A stretch of DNA of 52,195 bases, the filler included, from Trypethelium eluteriae (taxonomy: Eukaryota): the NCBI GenBank assembly GCA_051942245.1. It is 3 parts of 3 records of this genome, joined end to end, with 100 filler letters (N's around TTAATTAATTAA, not from the genome) between each part and the next. Parts side by side here need not be neighbours in the genome. Positions count along the whole stretch, not along the records: positions 17,526 to 34,811 come from JAVECL010000594.1; positions 34,912 to 52,195 come from JAVECL010000595.1; 1 more part is not named here. One strand, written 5' to 3'. Every line of letters starts with the position of its first letter. Position 1 is the first letter of the stretch. A model generated the notes under the pieces. That model ran no database searches and was not told the DNA's origin. It saw only the letters and a program-made list of their open reading frames with translations. The position numbers and the translations under genes are program-made. This document shows positions 23,993 through 35,893 of this stretch, in pieces.

Positions 23993-25267
23993 ATGGAGCC
24001 ACCATACCCAGCAGTTGACACTTCATTTCTCGAACTTCCGAATCCCTGCAATAGCAAAGACATCTGTCGGAACTATGTTCGCCGCTCTGGAGTTCCGCCC
24101 AGCGTGTGTTCTGGTGTTGATGACATTTGGTCACCACCATTCACACCAGGTCTATTGTTACCATCACCCTTCAAGTTTGTTTTCACTCTTCTTCATCGCG
24201 ACCTCCTCTAGACGACCAACGCGCTCCTTCCATAACTCGCGCGTTCAACTTCTCTTCCAAACACAGCGCCACCGTCAACCACAGCTACCCAAAACTCTCC
24301 TCATCAGAGAATTCAGTTCGAGAAAACTTGAACACACTTTCCGCGTTGCCGAATATATATACGCGCAGCAAGGCTAGCGGTGGCCACAAATATCTCCTCA
24401 ATCTTGCTGATCCACCAATCACGAACGCAAGCATCGAGTCGGGTCGAAAAATTCACTGGCTCCCCTCGAACTACCCCCGCTATGTCCGAGGAGGCCTCTG
24501 GATCGTGGGATGCTCTTTCTCTCTCAATCCCTCCCGCGGACCCACAGCCCCACTCTCCGACTAGGGAAGTCCCTCTTTCCACGCCCTCTACCCACATCGC
24601 CCTCCAGTCTGGCACATGGGAGGCTATCTCTTTCATCAACTACCCCACGATCCGCAACGTGCAGAGCATCGACATCTACAACGTGAACCCTGGCCAATGC
24701 CACGCCATCCAGAACTGGATCGCTCGGCTTCGTCGAAGGATACCACACCATGAGCTGGGTATAAATGGGATGGAGACGCATTTCGACGATCCTGGCTATC
24801 GGTTCGAGCAATTTGGCAGTCGACCAGAGTTTGTCGTTCGCATCATGGGTGATATGGTGTCGGTGACAGAACGCGGGTTGGTGGCAGTGTTATATCCGAA
24901 GAACAACCAGCCAGAGATCGTGTATGTTGCGGAACCATCGAAGGGGGCATTAGATTTTGACGTGGATATCCGGAGTTGGCATGTGAATGGAAATATGGAG
25001 CCTCTGATAACAGATTTCAATTTTCTGACGGCGGAGAAAGAGCAGCTGCTGCTGGATCTAGCTAGTAGATGGGTCATCTCGAGGAGGGTTGCTTGGACAG
25101 TGGAAGAAGGTGATGGCCCTCGAGCGCTGGATTTGTTAGGAATAGAGCTGAGGCAGCTTTGTGAGAGAAGTATGGAGAGGACCCTATCTTATGTCGACGA
25201 AGGTCATAGCGAGATGGGGTCCTCTCCAGAATATGATGAAGACGAGGCGCTGTATAGTGACGACTGA
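23993..25267 (+). CDS. Hypothetical protein (possibly 3 exons; the exon ending at 25267 is the best supported part)
   Basis: Long open frame 24380-25267 with protein-like composition. Phase-compatible candidate introns 24150-24211 and 24484-24547 would link it to the ATG at 23993, but their donor/branch signals are weak. Alternative start at the ATG at 24482. Confidence 0.5.
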
Positions 25268-25535
25268 AGTGGATTTTTCACAAAATGTTTGACAACAGTA
25301 TCATGGGGATTGCCCAAATCATCTTTGAGCAAGTTTTGTCCATATCAAAAATCATTGGAAAACTCAGAATTTTTGATTTTACCTTATGCCACGGAAAAGT
25401 GAGTCAGTCTGCAAACTCTAGGATTCGTATTGGAGCTAACCTCATGAGAATATGACCCTTTCCACCAGCGCCTAGCCGTGCTTGAAGATTGATTGTAGTC
25501 CCATGAAACCACATGACTCCAGTCCTATTCCCTCG

Positions 25536-25916
25536 TCAATGATTCCTAAAATTCTTCTTCTGGTAGAACAGATCCGTCCGCGAGCTTCCCAAGTTGATAA
25601 TTTTCGGACATCCATCTCTGTCCTTCTCTAGTCGCGTACACTCGAAGCAGTAGAAAGCATCTGAAATTCCCTCGCCACCGCAGACGACACACTTGTTCTG
25701 GTAGTTTCCGAAGGAGCACTCGTCGCAGATACGCACGAGGGTCGTAGGTCGCACGTAGGAGTCACAAACAGGACATTTACCGTCGCACTTGTCGCAAAGA
25801 CGACCGATGGCTATGCCTGGTTGTTTGCGGCACATGACAAGATCACTGAAAGCGATATTAGCTTGGAATTGAGAAGGAAAGGTATGATGGAATACTCACG
25901 GGTGATGGCGAGACAT
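25536..25916 (-). CDS. RDS3: Pre-mRNA splicing factor Rds3/PHF5A/Ini1 (SF3b subunit)
   Basis: [39 protein letters not shown]...[20 protein letters not shown]; one intron. Confidence 0.98.
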
Positions 25917-26235
25917 ATTGACGTTATGAAATGCCTTTCAAGACCGTCTCTGGTGATTCTGAGGTCGTGATAATGTGTGGGAGTTTGCCAGAGGTTCAGG
26001 ATATTTAGAAACTCTCGAAGCAACCTGAATAGAAGCTTATCGAAAAGTTAAAGGTTCGTCAAGTTGACTAATGTTGTGGCGTCGAAGATGACCGCAGTGA
26101 GGCGTTTGTGGCTAACACCTTCACTGAGATTTCCTCACTCCGCTAGCCTTGCACGGCTCGATCTTGCTTAGCTACCCCAAGCCTTATCCTCCAAGAATTT
26201 GTCACCCGCCTATGTTCCTCGTCTGACTCACAAGA

Positions 26236-27442
26236 ATGGGAGATTCTGGGCAGTATGAGATATCTATCCCAAACCAACAGATGTAAAATAAGACATTCCT
26301 AATTCTAAGGCGCTTCACAGATCAGTAGCCTCCGCCGTCGTCCTCCCCGAATTCAACGAATCCCCGCAACCAACGCCGCAATCGACCCCAAACGGCCAGA
26401 AGCGCCGACAATCATCCGTCTCCTCCAGTGCCTCCAAGCGTCCCCGTCTCAGCACCGATGCCACTGCGCCAGCAGCTGCCCAAGACTCCGCGCCCCCTTC
26501 GAAGGAACCCCCTATCGACCGGCGCCGTGGCCGCCAGATCTTTGGGCGTGCTGAGGAACGTCAGCGCGGACAGCGTCTCTTTGGTGGACTGTTGTCTACA
26601 TTGAGTCAGAGCTCGCAGGGAGGGGCTGGGGCGGCGGCGCGGGAAAGGCGGAAGGCGGAGATTGAGAGAAAGCAGGCGGAGAAGCTGAAGGCGAGGGACG
26701 AGGAGTATGATGAAGAGAAGAAGAGGAAGCTGGAGGAGTTGACTAGGGTGAGGAGGGGGAAGCAATGGATTTGGGATGAGCAGGCGGTGAGTTGCACTTC
26801 GCTGATTCGCATTTGAGGAGTGCTGGGATTAATAAGGATGCAGATGCGAATTCGACACTCGAATATGTTGGCTATGGCACGGTTTTTGCACACCGAGAGT
26901 GAACCGAAGCTGGTAAGTGACACTATATGAGTGAGTGGTATTACTACGTGCCAACACAATTTTAGTATTATAAGCCATGGGAACTTCGACTCGAGGAAGA
27001 AGACCGTATCAACCAGCAGATCGCCGACGCCGAAGCGCAGATTAGTCGCGAGGTTTTGAATTTCGAAGAGAAGAGGAGCTCGTGGCAGAAAGAAAATGTA
27101 AAAGGAGCAGCAGAGGATGCTAACAACAAGTCAACAGACACCTATAATCGGACTACGGAAGAGAATAACACAGCAGAAAACGACAATCAGGAAGCCCCAG
27201 AGACGGTGGGTGCTGAGCCCACACCAACAGATATTATCACGCAACCCACTAATGACGACACGGTACACCACGACACCGCCGAAGACGTCAATAAAGACGG
27301 TGTAGAGCAAGAGGAGGGGGCTGAAGAGGCCAAATTCAAGGCGGAGGAGAAAGAGGTTCCGCATGATGGGTACGCCAAAGATGTCGCAGAAGAGAATGGT
27401 GACCACGTAATGGATGCAGGAGAAGACGCGGTTATTTATTGA
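26236..27442 (+). CDS. Pinin/SDK/memA-domain protein
   Basis: Spliced MGDSGQ|SVASAVVLPE; EERQRGQRLFGGLLSTLSQ; MARFLHTESEPKL|YYKPWEL; acidic tail ending EDAVIY. Confidence 0.85.
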
Positions 27443-28642
27443 ATAGGAAGAGAATCAAGTCAGCTGGAAATGGAGAAGGAGGATGTGCCCCGCACAGGCT
27501 CTCGAGAAGGTATTGCCTGCCGGACCTAGTGCTCCAGGATTTTACGAAAGTCTACAGAAATGTAGAGCTCAATAATGCAAATATTCACTAAGATTGGCGT
27601 TCTTGCATCCTCGACTCAGAGGCTATTTCTTTGGCTCTCACCACAAAACCTGGGCAAACCCGCTGGTGGTGCTATCCTTTCGTTTCCTTGCGGATCTGCA
27701 TTCTCCAATGCACTAGCTGAACGCTTTGCTTCATTCTATACACTGGATCGATGTCTATCTTGAGGCATTCCAATTCTTCCATTTGTCTTCAGCTATCACG
27801 ACCAGGCAGCGGCAGCTATAAATCTGTGAATGATACCACGACTGACGTACGAAAGAATAGAGCATTCAGGGAAGTTTGACGCCATCGTTCGGCTTCGAAG
27901 CACTTAATCGAGAAGACAAGTCGGAGGCTACCATTACAAAGAACAATATTCTGCCTTTTCCCTCTAGCAAATTGAGGACAGTGGTGGCGATGCGTCGTTT
28001 CTTACGACCAAGCTTCTTCGTTTTGTTCCCTACGCTTCCGTCTCGTGAATGTATAGAGTAGAGCTGACGTCTACAAGCTCAGGTCAAATTTTCTTCATAC
28101 ACTTTAGGTCTGGCAGTCTTCTACTGTTCACTCTAGCTAGACTACGTGACCAGAGAATGAAGCCAGCGTGGAGAGAAAATTTTAGGTTCGTCGACATTAT
28201 TGCATTAGTGCTCCTCTAGAGTGATTATCGTCTATCATCCCTCGGGGGAGCCTTTTCTTAGCAAATACCTGTATGCTTCGCTACGTTTCGTCCAAGTTGA
28301 GCAGGGTCCCGGCATCCGCACGCTCACTTAATCCCTACTACCAGCTTTTCGATAGATCCAGTGCTCGTTTGGCTGCACGCTTCTTACGTAATAGCTTTTT
28401 TCAGGCCTTCAATAGGCGCCGGATGCTTCGGTTTCTTCTGCGATTCTCCAGTCCTCTCATCATGTGGTATCTTGTCGTTATGATTACGAGCAAAGCAGCT
28501 TGTGGTGTCCGACAGGAATCCTTCCCGGATATTTCCGACTTCGTTCTCACACTCGGTCACGGTCAAGACCGATAGTAACAAAGTCGCAAGCAAGCGGGCC
28601 TTAGGGCTTCGGCCGAACGGAATGGTTATTTGAGCTGGTTGT

Positions 28643-30018
28643 TTAGTCAAGCAACATACCTTCCCTTCCATGATTGAAGAACGGCATCGAACTCGCCCCG
28701 GTTCCCTTACGTCCTTGATTCCTGACACTATCAACTACCGCAAACTTCTTCCCCATCTCCCGGGCATCTTGCAGCGTCTGGGTCATGCTGCCGAGGAGCT
28801 CGATGAGCGCGACGTCAGATTTCTGTTGAGAGGATTGGAGGGCAAACGCTTCACGGTCGGCGGGAATAAGAAGCGAGAGGCGGGTAACGAGCGCTTGGAT
28901 AGAGCGAAGGATGGAGTGATTGATTGGAGGTTGAGAAGGGTCCTGTGGATCGGTGGGTGCGGTGGAGGAGATAGGGATGCTGGCGTCTGATAGGTAGGAG
29001 GGAGGTAGGGAGTTGAGGTAAGCTTTGATAAGGTTGATGCGCTGATGGAGCATTTTGATGGCGTTAGCTTTAGCAGTAAGCTGCGCAATGACTAGGAAGT
29101 TGACATTAGCAGATGTGGCAATGGCCAATTTTGGAAGCGGCCTTCTGATTGCGGAGAGTGTAACATACGCTCCTCATCCTCTGGTGACAGTAGTGTGTCC
29201 GGATCCTCTTCGTTGCTATTCTCTGTGACCGCCTTTCCCTTGCCTTTACCCACATCCGCAACGGCAGCGGGTTTGGCTTGGGCGGTACTTGATACAGCTG
29301 TTGCATTTCCGGCGCCCCGTGCCACGAAATCCATGCCAATCATCTCTGCTTCACCAGTATCCATGGAATAGTCCAGTTCCCTAAACTTCAACTTCAACTG
29401 CCTACCCATACCAAGCTTATCGAGTTGAGTGCTCTTGTCTTCATTCTCCGACCCGGGCTCATAGAAAGCTTCGTAGACAGACAATGGCAGTTTGCCGCCT
29501 GCCGATGCATTGTCGACTACTGAGGAAGGATGGAAAAGCAAGAGCGTTGCAGCTTCGTTGACGTTCAATAGTTGTTGTGCAACAGGTACATGCTCTGGGA
29601 GAGGTCCCGTGATGGGGCCTAAGGCAAAGCCTCCGACGAGGTCAAGAGCTGGAGCTTTGTGAACCTCGCGATCTTTTCGACATGTCAGTTAGGATGCCAT
29701 CAAGTATCAACCGAAAGGCGAGAATGTAAGAGACATACACTCCTCGAGACGCTCAGTAAACCAGTCGGCGTCCATCAGGATGCAGCCATTCTCAACAGAT
29801 GCTCTGCATTCAAATGCATGTTCCATTGTGATGTCACGTCCATTCTGCTGTCCGAGTATTACACCAATTATTGGCGTGTTATGTCTGCGTATAGTATGTC
29901 GCGTCACATAGTCGGATATTGTAAGGAGGACGAGAGGGTGGAGCTGTACTTGGAGAGCAGTGTCTGGCGGTCTGCCAATGGAGACCAGCGGATTAGGGTT
30001 GGTATCTGACTCGTCCAT
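28643..30018 (-). CDS. CSN6: COP9 signalosome subunit 6 (MPN domain)
   Basis: VQLHPLVLLTISDYVTRH, GVILGQQNGRDITMEHAFE, LLLFHPS, DTGEAEMIGMDFVA and NAIKMLHQRI..IKAYL. A GTATGT just before the stop could mean an extra 3' exon. Confidence 0.93.
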
Positions 30019-30472
30019 GTTGAACGCCAATTTCACTTGGCTCACCACCTCTCGGGAGAGTCTGTTTATTGCTTGGCAGTTGTGGTGGTGAACTAGGTAC
30101 CTGAACGGGATCAAGGGTACAAAGGTTGGAGGGGTGAGATGCTGATGCTAATAGTGAATGCCATCATCGCCTGCGCCACTCGACTGTGTCCCAAAGACCA
30201 GCTCGCGCCACAATTAAGCATCACACTTTCGACATGTGCCTGGTAGCTAAGGTAAGCTTGATTGCATGTCTAATCACCAATAGAGTATAACTCGTGATCT
30301 AAATCTGGCACCTATGTTACCGAAATGGGAATCCCAAAGGCCTGTCTTTATCAAAAGAACAGGTGCGGTACCGTAAAAATACCCAGCCTCGTTGAACACC
30401 GACAACTTTCAATTCAACAGCGATTCCATAAAATACTCACAAATCCAAAAGATTTCATTCTATAACAGCTCT

Positions 30473-31902
30473 TCAAGTTTCGATAACGACTTTCAAGACT
30501 AAACTGCCCTCGTGATCCACAGTACGGCCTGCAACCTCAAAGGCTTTTGGCACAGCATCGAGACCTTGGAATCGATGCGTGACCATGTTATCCAAGCAAG
30601 GTAGGACGCCTGATGAGAGTATCTTGATACCTGTCGCATAAGTGTTTGCGTATCGAAAGATTCCAATGATATCAATCTCTCTGAGGTGGGCCGCAGACAC
30701 TGGCAAGGTCTGGATAGGAGTTCCCATTCCTACCATAACCAACTGGCCACCAGGTCTTGTCGTCTGCAAACGAATGAATATCAATGACGAAAAAGAGGAT
30801 GGCATGATTGGAGAGTAACTTACGTAAAGGCCAGCTTGGATGCAGATCTCCTTACCAGTACAGTCGAAAGTCACATCCGCACCTTCGGCATCTGGTTGGT
30901 CGGCACATGCGATGTCGACCACATCTACAGCAGTCTCTTTTGCTGCCATAAGCTTATCAGAGAGCTCAGTCAAAGGACTGGTTTTGGTATTGATATAGCC
31001 TTTAGTTGCGAATCCATTGTGCAACGCGTATTCCACACGGCCACTGTCAACATCTGATATTAGTACGGTCGTCGCACCAGACAGCTTGGCCATGGCAGCA
31101 ACCAGTAGTCCAACAGTCCCGGCGCCGTACACCACGACTGTGTCTCCTTGTTCGATAAAGCTCCGTCGGACGGCGTGGATAGCTACAGAAAGAGGCTCGA
31201 GCAGCGCAGCACTGTCAAGAGAGACGTGGGAAGGAATCCTTGGCACAGTCGTCAGCCTCCACTTTTCACTCTCCTGTAGGTGCACATTATCATGCGTACT
31301 TGTGGCACCACTTTGCTGGATGATTTATTCTTTCTTGGAGACATCCTTGGTAGTGAGGTACTGATTTGGCACTACTCCTGAACCTCATCTTCGCACACAA
31401 GTTGTATCGACCACGTTGACATGTACGACAATCATCGCAGGGCACACCGACTTCGAGCGCGACCCTTTGGCCGATATGAAAGCCCTGTACACTTTCGCCC
31501 ATGGCGACGACGACACCGGCTGATTCATGACCGAGCGACAAAGGCGCAACTGCTTGGAGGTCGCCATTCCGGAAGTTCTTGTAGTAGGCAACATCGCTAC
31601 CGCACAGGCCAGTCCTTTTTATGGCAATCTGGAGTTCGTGGGGTGCAGGATCTGATACGGACCTTATTTCCTAAATCAAGCTTGATTAGCGCCCAAGATT
31701 AAAAAAAGCTGTATGGCGTGGACGTGGACCCCCACGTTGAGGGTGGGATTAAAGTAGGTACGGAGTACATCGAAGAAATAAGAAGCCGTACTAAACGCAA
31801 GTCCCTGGGTCCATGCAACACGGATGCCAGTATGGGCGAATTGCTTTTTTTCGCGTATCCATTCGACATCTGATACACATCTGAACTAGCTGAAGGTGCC
31901 AT
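30473..31902 (-). CDS. Zn-dependent NAD-linked sorbitol/xylitol (polyol) dehydrogenase
   Basis: LGHESAG, structural-Zn CDDCRTC..YNLC, RFRSSAK..PH.QG.LQ, LLEPLSVAIHA, GAGTVG, SDVDSGR and GIFRYANTY; three introns. Confidence 0.92.
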
Positions 31903-33781
31903 TTTCAAAGCAATGCTTTCGGTGGGCTACACCCAATACCAGGATTGCAAGGGAGCAGCCGAATGCCAGAAAAGCAACGTCAAGTTCGCAGAGGCAGTCC
32001 ATGATATACATGCGAGCAAGGTGCTCGATCTCTCTCCCTTTCCAAACTCCACCAGACGCCGACTTGGCTTCGATCAGGATCGACCCTGTCTCGAAAGGCG
32101 ATCAGTCCGACAGACAATCAGCTAACAAACCCCCAAAGCTGCTGCGTCTAGGCTAATTCAGGCGAATCATTCCCTAGAACTTCCGCCTCGCCTTTAGAAT
32201 CACCTGGTGGCTGGCTTTTTTCCATTCATCCAGCCTTCCAAGCAGCCAGAACCCTTCAGGGAATACACTCAACAGAAGCCGAGCAGCCCCTTTCACATCA
32301 GATCATCTCCGGGCGAAGTGAAGCCGGATATCGCCGTTGGTTAAGAGTTGACATATCGTTCCGTCATCTGCGCCGTAGAACTTGAGATAAGATTCTAGCC
32401 AGCACGCCGGCATGCCAGCTGCTGGTGGTGCAGCTCCTGGTAAAATCAACCCAGCTAGCCGCTACACCACTTTCTTCCCCGAGGCATGGACGTGGGGTGT
32501 CGGACAACCCATCGAGTGGACGCAACTGCATGCAAATGCTGCGCGGATTTTGTACAATACTGCTGGAACTTCCGACTTGGATCTAAGTCAACTGGTCGTC
32601 CGTTGTGATCGAGTTTGCGTGGCGTGGCACTGTGCTCAACTTGCAGTATCAAGAAGAGTTAGGGTTCGAAACTGATCGTCCTCAGCGCGACATTGTCGCA
32701 AATCGCAGTCTCCTAGCCATCGCTCGTAGGCCACTCGCATACAACCATCTCAAATCTACTCACCTCTTGCACCCTATTGCAGCTCTTGGCAAACGGGATT
32801 TCGGTGAAGGGAGTAAAGCTCGGCATCTGCATCACAGTCCGAAATTCATAAGACCCTGGCACCTGGTTCCACATCGTCGTCCCTCGCACGATCCACCGGA
32901 ACTTGCGGCGAAAAACCCTGCACTACATTGCAACGGCCAGGAATCTGCACCCAAATCCACCCTCGCGGGTCTTGTAGATAGCAGGCAGCCAATGGCATCG
33001 TTACAGGAAAGCACGGCTTTATCGATTCTGCGCAATCATATCACTACTGGCGTTGCGAAGCCTCGACCTGGCCCGTTACAGCGTTTTCGGGGGCTTGAAC
33101 CTTCACTCTAACGCCGTTCACTGTCTTTGGTCCCACGGGAGGACCTTTGGGCATCTCGACGATCAAATCACGGTTAAAGTGCTGACATGCCTATGCAGCA
33201 TGGGTGGACCGTACCGGAGAAACGGAGCACGCAGACATGATGCCCAAGCCTCGACTATTTTTTTTTTCCAGTCGAGCAACAAGCTTCTAGCGCCGTTAGG
33301 ATGACGACGAGCTTTGTAATCCTCGCATCTTTCCGAGTAGCTGGGGTTTCAAAATTACCCTATTATCCTCTCTCGGCCTAGAGGCACTCGCTATAAGGAC
33401 GCCATCGTTTACGGAGTAATACATTCAGTGCATCGTTTCAACACCAACAGAGTACAAGTGTCAAGATGCCAGCGTTCCGCGCGTCCCAGTCTACTACCAG
33501 GGAATGCAATTCTCTAAGCTGGACATGACAGCAACGAAGCAGGCATAGTTGCTGGACGCCCCACACTTTTGAGTGGAATTTACGGGGTGAAAATGCGAGC
33601 GCTTTTTGCATGTAAACATGTGGGTATTTTCGTGGTATAGCTCGGTTTCTGGCTCCACTCTCTCCACTTTCAACGTCAGTGTGTTGGCAAAAGGCTACAT
33701 TCACATGCTCTAAGAAAGAATTCAACCAATTTGGCCTGCGTTTCTTAGATCGCGTGAAAGCCGTTATGAAGAAACTATGAG

Positions 33782-34811
33782 TCAAAGTCTGCTTTTGTCA
33801 CCAAAGACAACATTCTCCAACCAATCCTGAATATGACCGTTGACTTCTGCTGGGGTCTGCCATAAGGCCCAATGACTAGCATCAACCTCACGCTGAGTCA
33901 AATTTGGAATATTTTTCTCTATACCTCGTGCGGTGTCTCGCGTCAGAACATTGTCTTTCGTTGCTAAAATGAACAGCACAGGACATTGGATGGTCGAGGG
34001 CCGTTCAAGACTTCATCAACAATTAGCACGAAGTCTTCAGAGTACTATAACAAAACATGCCTTTGCTCGTCTTTGAAGTTCGCCTCACGTGTACGATACC
34101 AATTACCTGACATCCATCAGCCTATCATCGGGCCGGGCTTCTGAATTTGCAGTAATAAACTTACAGGGCCCATGCAATCCGTTACGTGCGAATTGATCCG
34201 CATAGTAATCAAGTACCTCCAACGCATTAGTTTCAGACCTCATTTTCGCAAAAAGAAAAAAAAAAAAAAAAAAAGAGAGAAATCGGAATCACTCACATCA
34301 TCACCAACCAACTTCGTCTTCTCCACCCTCTCCAGCACCTCAAAATCCACCCCCTTGAACGGATCAAACGCGACCTCCCCCGTCTGACTCCTCCCCCCAT
34401 ACATCGCATTCAAAAACCCACGAATCTCCCCCTTCGTCGTCAACCTCCGCTCCAGCTCCCCACTCGCCAGATGCAACTGATACGCAAACTGCGGCACCGC
34501 CCTCACCACCTCCTGCGTCGAGACGTAGCTGCTCGCGAGCGGGAAATACGGCGTACACACGCTGAACAGCGCGGCCACCAGCTGCGGATACCACTGCGCC
34601 ACGCGATACACGACGGCGCCGCCCCAGTCATGGCCGCCGAGCATGATCGAGCTGCACCCCAGCTGGCGCGCGAGCTCCGCGATGTCGTCGGCGGCTCGCT
34701 TGAAGCCGTATAGGTGCAGCGAGGCGGGTGGCGCGGTGGGTGCGGCGGTCTGCCCGTAGCCCATCATGTCGAGCGCGATGACGCGGAGGTCGTGCGAAAG
34801 GAGTGTCGGGA
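33782..34811 (-). CDS. Soluble epoxide hydrolase-like alpha/beta hydrolase with PTS1; 5' end lost in the gap
   Basis: RVIALDMMGYG, nucleophile elbow GGHDWGG, NWYR, KDNVL and catalytic His in SHWALW. Ends in SRL. Confidence 0.9.
34250..34274 (+). repeat. Poly-A tract (poly-T on the sense strand) inside an epoxide hydrolase intron
   Basis: About 24 A interrupted by one G. Confidence 0.9.
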
Positions 34812-34911
34812 NNNNNNNNNNNNNNNNNNNNNNNNNNNNNNNNNNNNNNNNNNNNTTAATTAATTAANNNNNNNNNNNNNNNNNNNNNNNNNNNNNNNNN
34901 NNNNNNNNNNN
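34812..34911. other. Assembly gap placeholder with six-frame-stop linker
   Basis: N44-TTAATTAATTAA(34856-34867)-N44. Confidence 0.97.
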
Positions 34912-35172
34912 GAGAGAAAGAGGGGGTCAGTTGGAGTCTGAGCGGGAGGAGGGGGAAAGGGAGAGAGAGAGGTACGTAATGGAAGGCGTCGGCAATGAGG
35001 GCCATGGATCTGGTGTAGAAACCGACTAGGCGATGTTTAGCTTTGGATGGGTGAGAGGTTCATAGGGTAAGGTTCTGAGGTGCTGGATACCTGAGATTTC
35101 GGCGCAGAAGAAGGCAAAGGAGAGGATGATGATGATCGTTAGGCGTGACTTTTTCGAGAGTTTTGGGAACAT
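34912..35172 (-). CDS. 5' end of a cation diffusion facilitator (Zrc1/Cot1-like zinc transporter); remainder in the gap
   Basis: Exons 35172-35091 and 35025-34976 splice to MFPKLSKKSRLTIIIILSFAFFCAEISVGFYTRSMALIADAFHY, i.e. CDF TM1 plus the S.AL.ADAFH signature. A second intron with a CTGAC branch site runs into the gap. Confidence 0.88.
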
Positions 35173-35893
35173 TGTGAAATCGAATTGGGGATCAGGAGAC
35201 TAGAAGATTAGAAATCTGTATCATTAAATGAAGTGAATGAACTGATGGTGTATCAACGAGCGTATCAAAGAGTGGAAGATGAAGGCTCAGAGCTAGTCGC
35301 ACACTCATGTTCGAAGGCTGACTATAAACCTTTGGAAAGCCAAGCTCTACACACGAAGATGTTTGTACAAGGAAAACCTGTTTCATACCCTAGAGCCGTT
35401 AACTCGGCTTAGGGTAGTATCGTGATACGGTAAAGTTTTGCTCCCATTTCTCTCATGACGCACAAAGTGGCACCCTCTGCCGGTTACATATCGGCCTCTG
35501 AAAGCCTATGGCTGCGACAGTTCAAGATGCAAAGAGTGTCGTATGTGCTCACAGACTAGGAGGATCAAGGTTAAAGTACTGACTAGCTTGTCTCGGTGCT
35601 TTCCGGCACTGAGCTTAAGAATTCGATAGCCGAGTCTATCGGGATCGCGGAAAGTTGTTAAAGTTATGTCAAGATACTCTCGTTCATCGTGCATAAACAG
35701 GACTTAGCATTGTGAAGGATAAAGTTGACCCGTCTGAGCTCTGTACAGTCTTCGCATACGCTGCTGGGGGCTAGCAGTATCGCTTAATCCTACCAGCGCA
35801 CCTGTACCTGAGGTAGCCAAATTTTCTTCAAAAGAGCGTTTTCGTTCACCTTGTCTTTTCCATTTGCGAATCTTCTCCTACGAGCAGTAACAT

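Noticed and set aside
4723..30018. Ubiquitin-system cluster (F-box-like, OTU, CSN6)
   Set aside because: The genes are far apart and interleaved with unrelated loci; such genes are common enough for chance co-occurrence.
32640..32690. GGTTCGAAAC T-loop-like motif suggesting a tRNA
   Set aside because: No acceptor stem, D-arm or anticodon arm could be folded around it.
32605..33111. 168-aa ORF and other 60-120 aa ORFs in the spacers 2460-4260, 19600-20620, 27570-28580, 38020-39190 and 46720-48100
   Set aside because: Mostly non-ATG starts, no recognisable motifs or splice support, and composition typical of chance ORFs.
34976..35005. MALIADAFHY as the N-terminus of the epoxide hydrolase
   Set aside because: It is the CDF transporter signature and splices to an upstream TM exon, so it belongs to a different gene.
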